Positions 26,691 through 40,160 of a DNA stretch of 64,000 bases are shown here, piece after piece. The DNA comes from Octopus sinensis (Eukaryota), in assembly GCF_006345805.1 (NCBI RefSeq), contig NC_043021.1, positions 24,490,001 to 24,554,000 of the forward strand, in the 5' to 3' direction. The position numbers and the translations under genes are program-made. How positions within the stretch are numbered: position 1 is the stretch's first letter; every line of letters starts with the position of its first letter. The notes under the pieces were generated by a model, which saw only the letters and a list, made by a program, of their open reading frames with translations, was not told the origin of the DNA and made no database searches.

Positions 26691-27824
26691 GATGTATGTA
26701 TATGTATGTTGGGTTAAATATATATATATATATATATATATAGACAGAGAGAGAGACAGACAGACAGAGATATAGGTAGATTGATAAATAGATAAATAGA
26801 TATTTTGAAACAATCTCTAGGAAGTTCCAACTGAGAATCATCATCACCACCACCATCATCATCATCGCCATCGTCATCAATTTCAAACTCCTTACTGTCC
26901 CCAATAGAGCAGTTTCTGAGCATGTACCTTTATTTTAATCTCATTTCTCCGACATATTTCTAAGGGATATGTTCGATCGGTCCGTCAACTTTATATGACA
27001 AGCACAACGCTCTGTGTCAAAATGGCCCCGCTCATTACTCAATCAAGAGTTGTGGCCCCAAGACAAAGTAACACAATGTTAGCTTTTTTGGCTTACTTAT
27101 GCAAATTCATGCCACGAGTCCCATTTTTTTTTCCTAATTTTATTTTCCAATTTTGCTTCTGTACATAACTGAAAGACAAAAATATCGGTGAAACCGAAAA
27201 ACCGATCACTGTGGTTTGCTGAATGTTGCCGTTGGAAGTAAATATGGACGGCTCACTGGAAACCTATAAACTCAAGACACTATTGTTTAAATTTTCCCAT
27301 ATGCAAGGCAGAAGCGAAATAAAAATATTTATGGATATCGTATCCATTAAATCGCGAGTGTTGTTCGCCTTCATTCTCTGCGCATTTCTCTTTACAAATC
27401 CACATCGTGAATCAATGAGAATTTTCAATTATATTTCTACAAAGAACAACAGAAGAGTCCAGTTAATGCTTAATAATGACAAAACACGGAATAATGACCA
27501 TTCTACGTGAATAAATCCCAACTTAAATTATATCCCCACCACGATCATTACCCGAATTTTGTCTCACATTTTCAACATCGATTGCTCCAATATAATAAAA
27601 CACACTAAAAGAGAATTCACTTTACAGTAAGACAAAAGAAATGTCTGCAATATTCAATAAACATAACGTAGATCTCACTGCAAATAAGTGCAACGCTAAT
27701 ACATTTTCAGAAATTGCGCTTTGTATGCATCACGGCTTTGAAGAAGATCAGCACTGCAAGCTAATGAAAACCTGCTTAATTATACGGAACAATCAAGCTT
27801 ATCGCCATAAAATTGTATGTGCGT

Positions 27825-28201
27825 GTATATATATAATATATATATATATTGTGGTGTGTGTGTGGGTGTGTGTGTGTTGTGTGGTGTGTGGTGGTGTGTG
27901 TGTGTGTGTGTGTGTGTGCGTGTGCGTGTGTATGTATATATATATAGTGTGTGTGTTGTGGTGTGTGTGGTGTGTGTGTGGGTGTTTGTGTTGTGTGTAT
28001 GTATATATATTATATGTGTGTGTGTGGTGGTGTGTGTTGGTGTGTGTGTGTGTGCGTGTGCGTGTGGGGTATGTTATATATATAATATGTGGGTGTGTGT
28101 GGTGTGTGTGTGTGTGCGTGTGCGTGTGTGTTGTATATATATAATATATATGTGGTGTGTGGTGTGTGTGGTGTGTGTGTGCGTGTGCGTGTGTGTATGT
28201 A

Positions 28202-28247
<46 letters not shown>

Positions 28248-28646
28248 TGGTGTGTGTGCGTGTGCGTGTGTGTATGTATATATATTGTGTGTGTGTGCTG
28301 TGTGTGTGTGTGTGTGTGGGTGTGCGTGTGCGTGTGTGTGTATATATATATATATATATGTTGGTGTGTGTGTGTGTGGTGTGTGTGTGTGTGTGTGTGT
28401 GTTGTGTGTGTGTGCGTGTGCGTGTGTGTATGTATATATATATATATATCTGTACATTTGCGTGTGGCAGATCAAATGCATATATAAATTAATATGTATG
28501 TATACCTCTCTATATATATATATAAGTGGGCGTGTGCTTTATTAATAATTCGCAGTTTGACTCAAGGGGGAAGTCATGTGTGTGTGTGTGTGTGTATATA
28601 TTATTATATATATATATATATATATTATATATTATATATATGTGTG

Positions 28647-28682
<36 letters not shown>

Positions 28683-28900
28683 TGTGCGTGTGCGTGTGTG
28701 TATGTATATATATATATATATATCTGTACATTTGCGTGTGGCAGATCAAATGCATATATAATATTAATATGTATGTATACCTCTCTCATATATATATATA
28801 AGTGGGCGTGTGCTTTATTAATAATTCGCAGTTTGACTCAAGGGCTGGAAGTCATGTGTGTGTGTGTGTGTGTATATATATACATATATATATATCATAT
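27825..28900. repeat. Complex (GT)/(AT) minisatellite containing a ~270-bp local tandem duplication
   Basis: The unique segment ctgtacatttgcgtgtggcagatcaaatgc...gaagtcatgtg occurs at ~28450-28580 and again at ~28725-28858. Confidence 0.9.
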
Positions 28901-29220
28901 ATATGTTTATTAATTTGTGTTGCGAGATTTTTGATGTGAAACCTCGTGTTGAAACAGATATTGCATTTCGGGATGATCATAGTTTATTTCTAAATATACA
29001 CACTCTATATTAAATTGGACCAAGGCGGGTTTAGTCCATTGTCTTCTTCTATCAGTACACACGAAGACGGAAAGAGTAGCTGAAGATGTGTGCCGAAAGA
29101 TTTCCGAACAAAGGACACGAATTAAAATAAGAAGAGTAATGAACGAGTGAAGAACGAATATATAGAGCGAGTGTTATTTGGCAAAAAAAAAAAAAGAAGA
29201 ATCACTATCCCGAAATACAC

Positions 29221-29261
<41 letters not shown>

Positions 29262-29266
<5 letters not shown>

Positions 29267-29572
29267 TGTGATCACCGTGACCGACCAGGCTATCAGATGT
29301 TGCTACACATCACTGGTCACAATGCGCTTCGCATTGTTTTAGCCTTCAAATGATGCCACCCCGCTGGCTAAGCGAGCAGGCCAACAGAAGAAAGAGTGAG
29401 AGAAAGTTGTGGCGAAAGAATACAGCAGGGTTTGCCACCATCCCCTGCCGGAGTCTCGTGGAGCTTTAGGTGTTTTCGCTCAATAAACACTCACAACGAC
29501 CGGTCTGGGAATCAGAACTGTGATTCTACGACCGCGAGTCCGCTGCCCAAACCACTGGGCCATTGCGCCTCC
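29262..29572 (-). mobile_element. SINE family B, alternative-tail subfamily (full length)
   Basis: Family B head and body, then a different 3' half; flanked by (TA)n on both sides. Confidence 0.88.
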
Positions 29573-29577
29573 ATATA

Positions 29578-29616
<39 letters not shown>

Positions 29617-29620
29617 TATA

Positions 29621-29659
<39 letters not shown>

Positions 29660-29665
29660 TATATA

Positions 29666-29701
<36 letters not shown>

Positions 29702-30399
29702 TAATACACACATATATACATGCATAAAATATTACCTTCTTTTAGAAAAAAAATTCCTAACAACCGTGTTTCGGTGTTCGCAACCATCAATAGAAAAGGG
29801 AAAATGGGACAAATCATGTCATACACGATGCAATAATTTTAAAATATAATCCACTGTATAACTGAAAGTGTTTGTGTGTACATCATTAAAAGGGTCTTCG
29901 AGAAAAGCGGATTTGATTTTCGAAATCTGCGTTCTAAGCGGAAGTCTTTCACTAAATGGTAATCAAAAGATACATGAAACGAAAAATTACTCAACATTTA
30001 TGTTGGATGTTAAAAGTAGGATGTACGAAAATTGTTTGCATTTTATGCATCTATAGAAAAACAACTTCGTTTGAGACATTACAAGTTGCCCCAAATAATG
30101 CAGAAATCCGTCCTGATCAAGAGCTCTGTCCGCCAGGGAATAAATGGTCTGATATAGAATAAAAATAAAACTGAAATAAAGACATTCTCCTGTGAAAATT
30201 GCCCGGAAACGACTGGCTACTTAGCTAGTTTCATATCAAAACAAATAAGTCTCCACCCAAAATGTGGCAGGAACTTTGGCCAACAGAGAAATGGATCACC
30301 ACAAAATCCCAGTCTACTTCTGTTCAACAAACCTCAAAACTCTAGGAGGAATTAAATCTTGCCCACACTCCACCCCGCCAGCTATTTGCTTGAGGCTGG

Positions 30400-31180
30400 T
30401 ACCGCTCTTTTTATTTCTTTAGTTCAAGAGAAATCGTATGCCACTAAATCCTGTTTTGAAATTACTGTCAGGGAGAAGAAAACTGCCTTCTTCGCCTCTT
30501 CCTTGCCGAAGGACAATCCTAGCAAGTGACTTCACGGACTTTCAACCCTCCTCTTTTCGACATTTCGACTGTTCGCTATAAAAGTTAGCATTCTTCATTT
30601 TCTGAAAGAATACTTCAATAATGGTTCCGTCACTTTTCGTACATTATCGGAAACCGGTTTAACTTCTGTGCCAGTAGAACACATATGGAGTTAAGGTATC
30701 ACCTATCTCCATAGCACAAACAGGTTAAGTTTGTTCCGTTTTGTTTTGGTTTTCCATAGTCTCATGAGCCGAAACTCCTCTAAGTCAACTGTAGTATCCT
30801 CAAAAGCGTCACCCCTTAAATTCGACTCTAACCTCTTATTCACTGCAAGAGGTGGCATTTTACTGGTCGCATTGCCGGACTAGTAAACGACAGTGTCTAC
30901 TTCAAAAAATCCCAGCTACCAATTATTCAATGGTGGTATAGGCTTTGACCTGGAACAGCAGTTGTATTACAGCGTGTTTAACAAGCAACTAAAGACCTCA
31001 GTAACTGTGTGAAGTTCAGCTCATGTCTGCACAGCATCAGCAGGCCAACCGATCCCTTCTGGGCAGATCGGACCAGGAAAGCAGATATTTGTACAAGAAG
31101 TGAAAAAGCAGTTGATCACATACAGTCTGGAGTACGGCACAAGTGTCAGGCTGTAGAACATGTTAGACTGGTAGTCTCGT
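30400..31180 (+). mobile_element. Ancient CR1/L2-like LINE ORF2 remnant
   Basis: Broken frames KTAFFASSLPKDNPSK*LHGL, LKEYFNN, YSVFNKQLKTSVTV*SSAHV and QPI...KQIFVQEVKKQLITY echo the pre-RT/RT motifs in the right order; recognised by eye only. Confidence 0.4.
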
Positions 31181-31265
31181 TCGTAATTTAGTCCCAATTC
31201 CTATTGTCTTGCGTTACCTACAGCCTTCCTGGTTAAATTCTAATCACCTAGTATTAGCTATAAGT

Positions 31266-31632
31266 GTGGAGGCGCAATGGCCCAGTGGTTAGGGCAGCGG
31301 ACTCGCGGTCGTTGGATCGCGGTTTCGATTCCCAGACCGGGCGTTGTGAGTGTTTATTGAGCGAAAACACCTGAAGCTCCACGAGGCTCCGGCAGGGGAT
31401 GGTGGTGATCCCTGCTGTACTCTTTCACCACAACTTTCTCTTACTTCCTGTTTCTGTTGTACCTGTATTTCAAAGGGCCGACACTCTCTGTGTCACGCTG
31501 AATATCCCCGTGCGTTAAGGGTGCACGTGTCTGTGGAGTGCTCAGCCACTTACACGTTAATTTCAAGAGCAGGCTGTTCCTTTGATCGGATCAACCGGAA
31601 CCCTCGTCGTCGTAACCGACGGAGTGCTTCCA
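31266..31632 (+). mobile_element. SINE family B, full length, with 10-bp TSD
   Basis: TSD agctataagt at 31256-31265 and 31633-31642. Confidence 0.92.
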
Positions 31633-32710
31633 AGCTATAAGTACAGACAAATATACGAAAAGAAAATATAACTACATTAAAAAGAGATAAAGAAGAAGAA
31701 TTTCTTTTAAATGACAACAATATTCCTCACCAAGAAAATATGGAAAATAATGCCGAGGACGAAAACAAATTTTACATTCTAGGTTTAAATGCTGATGTGA
31801 TTTGAATCCTGAAAATTAAGAGGATTTTGTATTTTGTCCCTCGCTCTGATTATTCAATTACTTCACCGAAGGAAGAATGCAACGACTTTGTGAGTCATTT
31901 AGATCAACGCGTGGCGAGGGCGAGAACCTCACATCACCATCATCTTCTATCATCGTTAATAACTGCTGTCAGCTAGTAATCGATAGATCAGTGTCAAAAT
32001 AATATAATATTGGGTAGAAATGAAGTGAAAATTTCGAGAATTCCACTGACTTAGCAATTGAATTCAAGACAGAATGGTATTTAAGACATATGGACGACAT
32101 AACATTTGCAAATCGTACCGGAATGATATGCAATCATTCTAAGAAGACATCGACGAATTATATTTGCAGGACAAACAGTGTCAGGTTCCGGAAAATACCA
32201 ATACTCAGGCCCCTAATTGTTCGTGGAACATTTCCGCCTTCTTGGACATTTGTACATTCGTTATCCAAGATGTCCCTAATTATTCTTGGTTTAAGGAATA
32301 TAAATACATCCGTATGATCATCATCATCATCATCATCAACAATAATAATAATTTCGGCGCAAGGCCTGCATTTTCTTAGATATACAGACACGTGTATCTA
32401 TATTTATAGATACATATTAACACAGATACACACATATGCACGCATGCACACATATTTGCATGGAAAGACTTTTAAAAAGCACAATACAACGCCAAAATAA
32501 TCAAAGAAAGATTATTTGAAGAAAAATCTAAACATTAACGATGGTTGTGTTTTGTTTTCTGTTTTTTGTTTTCGAACCGCGAAGAGGAACTTCGTCTTCG
32601 TCTTCGTCTTCGTCTTCTGAATTCGCTTCGTTATATTTCTCAAGAGGAACTTTGCTGTCATTTAGAAGAAATTGATACTTCTCACCTTTTGCGTGTGTGT
32701 GTGTGTGTGT

Positions 32711-32755
<45 letters not shown>

Positions 32756-32831
32756 GTGTGTGTATGTGCTTGTGTGTGATTTTTCTGTTTTTCATTCCGA
32801 ACTTTGTATGTCTTATTTCTTCCTCATTAAA

Positions 32832-33045
32832 GGCGACGAACAGACAGAATCACTGGCACACCGGATGAAATGCTCAGTAGCAATTTCGTCCGTCTTCTGA
32901 GTTCGAATTCCGCCAAGGCCGACTCTGCCTTTCGTCGTTTCGGGGTCGATAAAATAGATACGAGTTGAAAACTGGGAAGTGGGGGTCGATGTAATCGACT
33001 ATCCCCCTCCCCCAAAATTCCAGGCCTTGTGCATATAGTAGAAAG
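32832..33045 (+). mobile_element. SINE family A (tail variant 2) with ~18-bp TSD
   Basis: tatttcttcctcattaaa is present on both flanks. Confidence 0.85.
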
Positions 33046-33492
33046 TATTATTTCTTCCTCATTAAAGGTGTGTTTTACTCCAGTCGATGTAAAAGACCCC
33101 AGCTCCACTTTGTCATGAAACAGTACCCAACGCCTTCTGTCGGGTACACTTTTAATATCGCTCTGCGGCCTTCGGGGAACATTAGAACTTGCAGGTCAGT
33201 TTTTGTCTCCAGCCACAGGCGTCCTTTCTTTCAATCTGCTCTGACCCCTTTACCGTACTGCGGCACAAACATTACAACTATCACAGAAATGGGTCTCCAC
33301 TGTCATTTATTGTAATTCTTGTGATTTTCTCTAACTGTGAGAGATCCCAAACTTTTACCTGTTCATTGGTGGTTTGTCGTCATCCAGCTGTTATAGGAAC
33401 AGGTGGATGGAATTGTTGTTGTTGTTGTTGTTACTGTCGCTGCTACTGAAACTGCTCATTAGGGTATTTGTGACATTTTCTTCTATTAATTT

Positions 33493-35241
33493 CACTGGTC
33501 AACAAATTCTAATTTTTTTCTGCTGAGTTATGTTTGAGACCTGTTTTCGGGTAATTTGGGGGTCACTGAGTTTTAAAAGGACAATAGCTTTTTTCTATCA
33601 TGTCTAGTTGTTGTTTTTTTTATTCTATGGGTTGAAATGTTTGAATTCCCTTGACTCTTGTTATGTATGTGGGTATTTTACAGTACCAGGTCAAAGAATG
33701 AACGTTAGTGACATTGTGAAAAGATCCTACATAGCTTACTTTAAGATTAAAGTTGGTGATCAGGATAAATCGTGGTCCCGCACAATGTATATAATCCCTA
33801 TGTTGAAAATTTAAGCCGATGGACAAAGGGCACGAGAAAACAATTGAGCCAAAGAACCATGTAAACGATTGCTACTTCTATTTCACAAAGACTTCTAGTT
33901 ATAGCAAGAGAAGCTGACAGAAAATAAGTTACCCGAATCTGGATTCAGGATCTACTTTCACTGCAAGATGATGCGAGTGATGGTATCTGTGAAGCAGATG
34001 TGAATCGTGAACATGACAGGGATATAGATTTTGTAGAAACATCAACCAAAGAATGTGGAAACTTCAACCAGGCAGAACTTGATGATTTAGTCAGAGATCT
34101 AGGACTGTCGAAAGAATAATCAGAACTGTTAGCTTCTAGGATTAAAGGGAAGAATTCGTTACAGAAAGAAACAAACGTGACTGTTTATAAGGAAAAAGAT
34201 CTCTTGACATTCTTTACAACTGGAAAAGATTTTGTTTACTGTTGTCACGTGACGGGACTGTTAAACATGATGGGTGCTGAACAGCATCATCCTAGGGAAG
34301 GGAGACTCTTTATAAATAATTCAAAGAAGAGTCTAAGATTTGTATTATTCTACAATGGAAACTTGTTTGGTGCGCTTCTTATTCGTTGCTCTGTACACTA
34401 AAAAGAGAATTATGATCACATTAAAAAAGGTGTACAAGATTAACTTAAGTATGATGAACACAAATGGGTCATATGTGAGGATCTAAAATTGGTCAGCTTT
34501 TACTTGGCCAACAAGGAAAGTATACAAATATCCGTGTTTCCTGTCTTTATGGGTTAACCAAGCGAGAGACAAACGTTGGGAACAAACTCTGGCCAGTTAG
34601 GAAAAGTTTGATTGTTGGGGAGATGAATATCATACTCCAACCACTTGTTGAGCGAGAGAAAATCATCTTCCCCCACCCCACCATATTAAACTAGGACTAA
34701 TAAAGTAATTTGTCAAAGCTCTTGATGTGGAGGGTAACTGTTTCAAATTCCCATGTACAACATATCCTGGGATAAGTTATGATAAAATAACGGCTGGTGT
34801 TTTTGATGGGCCACAAATCAGAAAGTTAACGAAATGCCAGAATTTCTCGTCGTCCTTGATGGCTGACATAGAAAAAAGAGCATGGGATTCATTTGTGGCT
34901 GTTGTGAAAGGATTTGTGGGGAGTGAAACGGCTGCAAACTACAAGGATTTGGTGGAGACATTAAGTAAAAGGTGAGGTTATCCTACATTTCATATTTGAT
35001 TGACATTACAAATTACGGTTTGAAGCTATAACTACCCTGACCAAGTATAAATTACGGTTTGAAGCTATAAGTACCCTGACCGAGTAAATTATTTATAGAG
35101 TACATCATAAAAATAGGAGTATGCTTTAAAATGAAAACTTGATGTGTTAGGAACAAATGGAGGCCATATTTGAAATCAGTATCTCAAAATTAACTAAAAA
35201 CAACCACAAAACCGAAGTCAGCAAAAGTATGTTTACCAGTG
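33493..35241 (+). mobile_element. Decayed near-complete DNA transposon, probably Chapaev3 (CMC superfamily)
   Basis: CYVCGYF...KVGDQDKSW, FNQAELDDLVRDLGLSKE, WRLFI..SKKSL, PP-HIKLGL and TAGVFDGPQIRKL motifs with many stops/frameshifts; termini CACTGGTCAACA...TGTTTACCAGTG; flanks ttt/tta. The superfamily name is from recall, not a search. Confidence 0.75.
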
Positions 35242-35499
35242 TTATTGCGTTAGCTTTGTCGTGTGGCATAATTATCTGTTGTAGCTATTTTGGATGTGTA
35301 AATAAAATTTTGAATATTTGCGAAACAAATTTTTTTTCTATTGTCTACCCTTCAGATATTGAAGACATCCTTTTCTTTGGCGCTATTTGAGATCTTTTTA
35401 TGAGTTGTCCAATGAAAATTACATTCAATAATATATATAATGATTTTGTTTTGAAAAGAGAAACAAAGTCTTCATATTCCTAAAAAAAGAAGAAGAGAT

Positions 35500-36295
35500 G
35501 CTCAGACAATCGCCTGCAGCTACACTTGAAGTTGCCTGGGGAATATACAGGTAAAACTGATTAAAGAAAGCAACGCTTTAAAAAAAAGACTAAGAGTACT
35601 ATACTTGCTTTAACCAGAAATCGGAGGGTGAGTCTTAGGAATGAGCAAATATCTCCATTGTGCCGGATATAGAATGAATTTGGTGAAACTATTGCCCCTG
35701 TTGTAAATGAATGCCTTAGACATGCCCGAAGCCAGGATGAGGTAGCGAGAGTGCTACATTGGAGATTGCGGAAACAGTGGAGTTTAGAGAGAGAGAGGTA
35801 AGGCACGATACAAGCGCAAACGACGAAGTGATTGAGTTGCAAAATCTTGCGAGATTTCCCAATTCAAATGGTCCGGGTATTTGAGTGCAACAAACCAGAC
35901 TTAATGATGGTAGACAGGGTAAACCACGTGTAGTCTAAAACTGATGTCAATTTGATCCACGCATACTTAAGGAGGAACGCGAGAAAGCTGACGTAGACAA
36001 TCTTAAATACGAGATAGACCGACTGTGGAAGACGAAAAAGGTGAAGATAGTGCCAAGTAGTTTTGGAACCTTGGGTGGGGTATCAAAACATATAATGAAA
36101 ATGGGAATAGGGTGTCCAGTAAGGATGTTGCAAAAAGCTTGCCTCCTTGGCGCGGCCATAAATATCAGGAAATTACTGGATATTTGAAGAGAAGAATTAG
36201 CATGGTAGCGTAGGATACAGATAGCAGGCTGACTACTCATGCAAGAATTGCAAGAATCAAAGAGTTTCAACAACGTCTGAGTTTAAAGGAAAGAT
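35500..36295 (+). mobile_element. Dong/R4-clade LINE 3' remnant (zinc finger plus restriction-like endonuclease) ending in (TAA)n
   Basis: Decayed C..C...ET, VARVLHW, KPD, LKYEIDRLWKTKKVKIVP..GTLG and LQKACLLG..NIRKLLD* motifs. Confidence 0.78.
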
Positions 36296-36352
36296 AATAA
36301 TAAATAATAATAATGATAATAATAATAATAATGATAAAAATAATAATAATAA

Positions 36353-36408
<56 letters not shown>

Positions 36409-36426
36409 ATAATAATGATAATGATG

Positions 36427-36507
<81 letters not shown>

Positions 36508-36510
36508 TTA
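36296..36510. repeat. (TAA)n/(TAG)n microsatellite
   Basis: Seen directly. Confidence 0.95.
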
Positions 36511-37901
36511 ATATGGTTGTGATGCATGTGCCTGGTGTACCTTTATCTTGGTATAAAAGATGGGCTACAGCAAATATTCTGCTCAATACCACAGATTTGC
36601 TTGTCAGTTGTTTGACCTTAACCAGTTGAGCATGTCCCTTAGTGGCTGACGATATGTGCATCTCTGATCACGAGCAGAAGTAGTGGGGGAGCATCATAGC
36701 CATGTGTTGAGAGGGATTCTTTGGGGTTTGAATAGTTCACCTCTGGAAACATGGGTGGTTCTTTCAACATCCTTAAACAACCCTTATTCAGGGACCTTTT
36801 GAGCGGGATGGGCTACTCAACCTGAAGAAAATTCTAACTGGGCCCCACCTGCAAGGTCATGTGCTGTTTATCTTGATATGAGATCACCATGTCGCGCACA
36901 TATGGTTGTGATGCATGTGCCTGGTGTACCTTTATCAGACGGGTAGTCATGATGGGTACATTGGGCTTCGTATATTTTACCCCAGTGTCACTTTGATGGC
37001 ATGAACTGCTCTCTCACTCAATAATAATAATAAGATCTTAACTGATTGGAAGTGTGATCTTAACTGATTGGAAGTGTTATCATGTACATTGTTTTGTCTT
37101 GGTATAAAAGATGAGCTACAGCAAATATTCTACTCAATACCACAGATTTGCTTGACCTTAACTAGTTGAGCATGTCCCTTAGTGGCTGACGATATGTGCA
37201 TCTCTGATCATGAGCAGAAGTAGTGGGGGAGCATCATAGCCATGTGTTGAGAGGGATTCTTTGGGGTTTGAATAATTCACCTCCGGAAACATGGATGTTT
37301 CGTTCAACATCCTTAAACAACCCTTATTCAGGGACCTTTTGAGCGGGATGGGCTACTCAACCTGAAGAAAATTCTAACTGGGCCCCACCTGCAAGGTCAT
37401 GTGCTGTTTATCTTGATATGAGATCACCATGTCGCGCACATATGGTTGTGATGCATGTGCCTGGTGTACCCTTATCAGACGGGTAGTCATGATGGGTATA
37501 TTGGGCTTCGTATATTTTACCCCGTGAGGGCGCGTGGCTTAGTGGTTAGGGCATTCGGCTCATGATCGTAAGGTTGTGAGTTCGATTCCCGGCGACGCGT
37601 TGTGTCCTTGAGCAAGACACTTTATTTCACGTTGCTCCAGTCCACTCAGCTGGCAAAAATGAGTTGTACTTGTATTTCAAAGGGTCAGCCTTGTCACTCT
37701 CTGTGTCACGCTGATTATCCCCGAGAACTACGTTAAGGGTACACGTGTCTGTGGAATGCTCAGCCATTTGCACGTTAATTTCACGAGCAAGCTGTTCCGT
37801 TGATCGTATCAGCTGGGACCCTCGTCGTCGTAACCGGCGGAGTCTTAATAATAATATTTTACCCCAGTGTCACTTTGATGGCATGAACTGCTCTCTCACT
37901 C

Positions 37902-37944
<43 letters not shown>

Positions 37945-38085
37945 CCCTGATGCAGTACCAGGCAGTGACCCTCAGGGCTTCTGATCTTAACTGATTGTAA
38001 GTGTTATGTACATTATTTTGTTTTGGTATAAAAGATGGGCTAAAGCTAATATTCTGCTAAATACCACACTTTCCTTGCTAGTTGT
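36511..38085. mobile_element. Tandem array of ~3 partial copies of a ~0.6-kb repeat bounded by (TAA)n
   Basis: 36545-37020 and 37097-37900 are near-identical; a third partial copy starts at 37943 after a TAA run. Confidence 0.85.
37524..37853 (+). mobile_element. SINE (family-B-related) inserted into the second array unit, with 12-bp TSD
   Basis: TSD atattttacccc at 37512-37523 and 37854-37865. Confidence 0.9.
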
Positions 38086-39774
38086 GTGACCTTAATCAGG
38101 ACTGGGATGGGTGGCACAGTGGAACGGCGGCACAGCACCAGAGACCCGGCCACAGGAAAATGGAAAGCAGCAGGGTTCAACCTGGTCCGCGGAAACCGAT
38201 TAAACGGGTTTACGGTCATTCATGAAACTATTGTGATACAAGAAAATGTGAGTGAATTGAAAAGGAAGTATCACTTTGGTAAACAAAAGAAAGAAACTAC
38301 CTAATACTGAAAATCAAATTAAAAGGAAACGGCGCCTCAAACTCTCGACTAATAACAATTCTGTGAAAACTCCCGACAGGAATAATTGAGGAAAATATGC
38401 ATAGGAGATAAAGATTAATTAATAACTAACAAGATGGTCTTGAGAAAAGTGTAGAATAATAATGTGGAATCCATACCTTAAGTAGTTATAAAAAAGCATA
38501 ATGATCCAGCCTCGTAATGGTGCACCATGCGACGTCTAGAAATTTTTAAGATCTTGGAAAAGATTAGGTGCTTTTATGGAGTAGATTTATTATTAAGATT
38601 AATCGATTAAGAGATATACAGATCAGATAACCATTTGCTAAATGCGATAAAACTTGATGTTACTCATGAGACTGGCAGTTTATTCGGCCCAAGCTTGCAT
38701 CTCTGATTGTATAAATTTTCTAAAATATTGATTCGGACAGCATTTCCTCCTGTTCTAAATTTTATAGCGTCGCCAAAACTTCGTTTTAAATAAAAAGGTT
38801 TTTTAAAGTAGCAGTTATAACTTGGTCCGTTGGTTCCATTAGGGAGTCATAAAATGAAGTTTTACATGTTCATCTAAGTCAGATGACTGAAAATGGTTTG
38901 CCATGTGCATTGCCAAATAGTAAGAGAACAGAAACCTACAAGTCATTATATTCACCTCACTCGGCTCAACATGGTCGTTGTCCGGTGTCGCACACTTTCG
39001 CAGCGCGTTGATAACAGCAAAAGTCCTCCCGATTAAGCGCGAATTCTCCCATCAGATGAAGCTTTAGCGTTACTTTGTTCTGACTCATTGTTTTCTTGAC
39101 AGAGATATTGCGGTGTTTTGTCATTGTCCTCCCCATCTGGATGACCGTTGGCCTACAGGGAACACATCAGTCCTTCAACAGGTCTTGTTGTTTCTCCTGC
39201 CGGGTGTCCAAACACCCTCCTCACAACAGAAGCAAGCTATTCAAGTGGAGGAATCGGTTTACTCACCAACTAATCGACCGTGAAATAGATAGTAATTGTT
39301 TCCATGGTACGAGTAACAGGTCTCTACAGCCTGTGATGAGGTTACTAACCTGAGTGATCCACTCAGCAGAGGGAAAAAATAGTTTGTAAATCATTCTGTA
39401 AATAAATTCTCTGCCAACCCGTACCATCATGCTTGTTCACCTTATTACTGGATTTGAATCACCCATTACAGCTCTAGGGTTTTCACATCGATACACAACC
39501 GTAGGCTTAAGTTGGCAATCACCAGCTACATAACCAATCAATAGAAAATGTAACTTTCTACTTTTCTACTCTAAAATTTCTGTCAATCCAAAATGTTGAG
39601 GTGGGCATTCTCCCCAAAACAATCCATCTGCGTCAAAATTAAAAATTCGACCCACATCCTTCAAGCTGTATTTTTTTTGTGTGTGTGTGTTTTTTTCTTT
39701 TTTTGTGTCTTTTTCATAATTTATCAAAATTTTTTCCCAGCCATTTTTATCCATTATTACACATTCTCCTATAA

Positions 39775-40160
39775 TTTTTGCCTTCTGTAGTCTCGAATGT
39801 TCCTTAAGACGATAGAATCATCTCCGACTTGCATTTAACTCTTCACTAGTTGCCAATTCTTCATTTCCTTTTAGTTTAAATATAAAAGCTAACTGCTTGA
39901 ATGGTTATTTAACTTAACAGAATTCTTCTGTGACTGCAGCCTTTAATCCATAGCAAGAATGAAAAAAGTTCCATTCAAGAAATTAAAAAGCTTTCTTTCT
40001 TTGCTAATTGTTGTTGACATGTCCGCAAATATGGGCATACTGACTGTTTTTATTCGTGTTTCTTTTTCTTCGTAAAGGGTCTTACAGATAATTCATTTAT
40101 TCAGCTGTCACGTGAAATTTTAGCAAGCCATTCCCCACTTCCATGAAAGCTTTATGATTT
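39775..40160 (-). mobile_element. Tigger/pogo transposase N-terminal (CENP-B-type HTH) remnant
   Basis: Minus strand MPIFADMSTTISKER ... EELNASRR*FYRLKEHSRL resembles the ISK.R and F.AS.GWF.RFK.R motifs. Confidence 0.55.

Noticed and set aside
27711-27814. Plus-strand exon candidate (EIALCMHHGFEEDQ...)
   Set aside because: The GTATGT donor is simply the start of a microsatellite and the peptide is unrecognised.
36511-37900. Repeat-spacer-like periodicity suggesting a CRISPR array
   Set aside because: Units are ~0.6-kb eukaryotic repeats with no unique spacers and no cas genes.
39096-39353. ORF with a signal-peptide-like start (MTEILRCFVIVLPIW...)
   Set aside because: No recognisable domain, several frames are equally open, and the 3' part overlaps a dispersed repeat.
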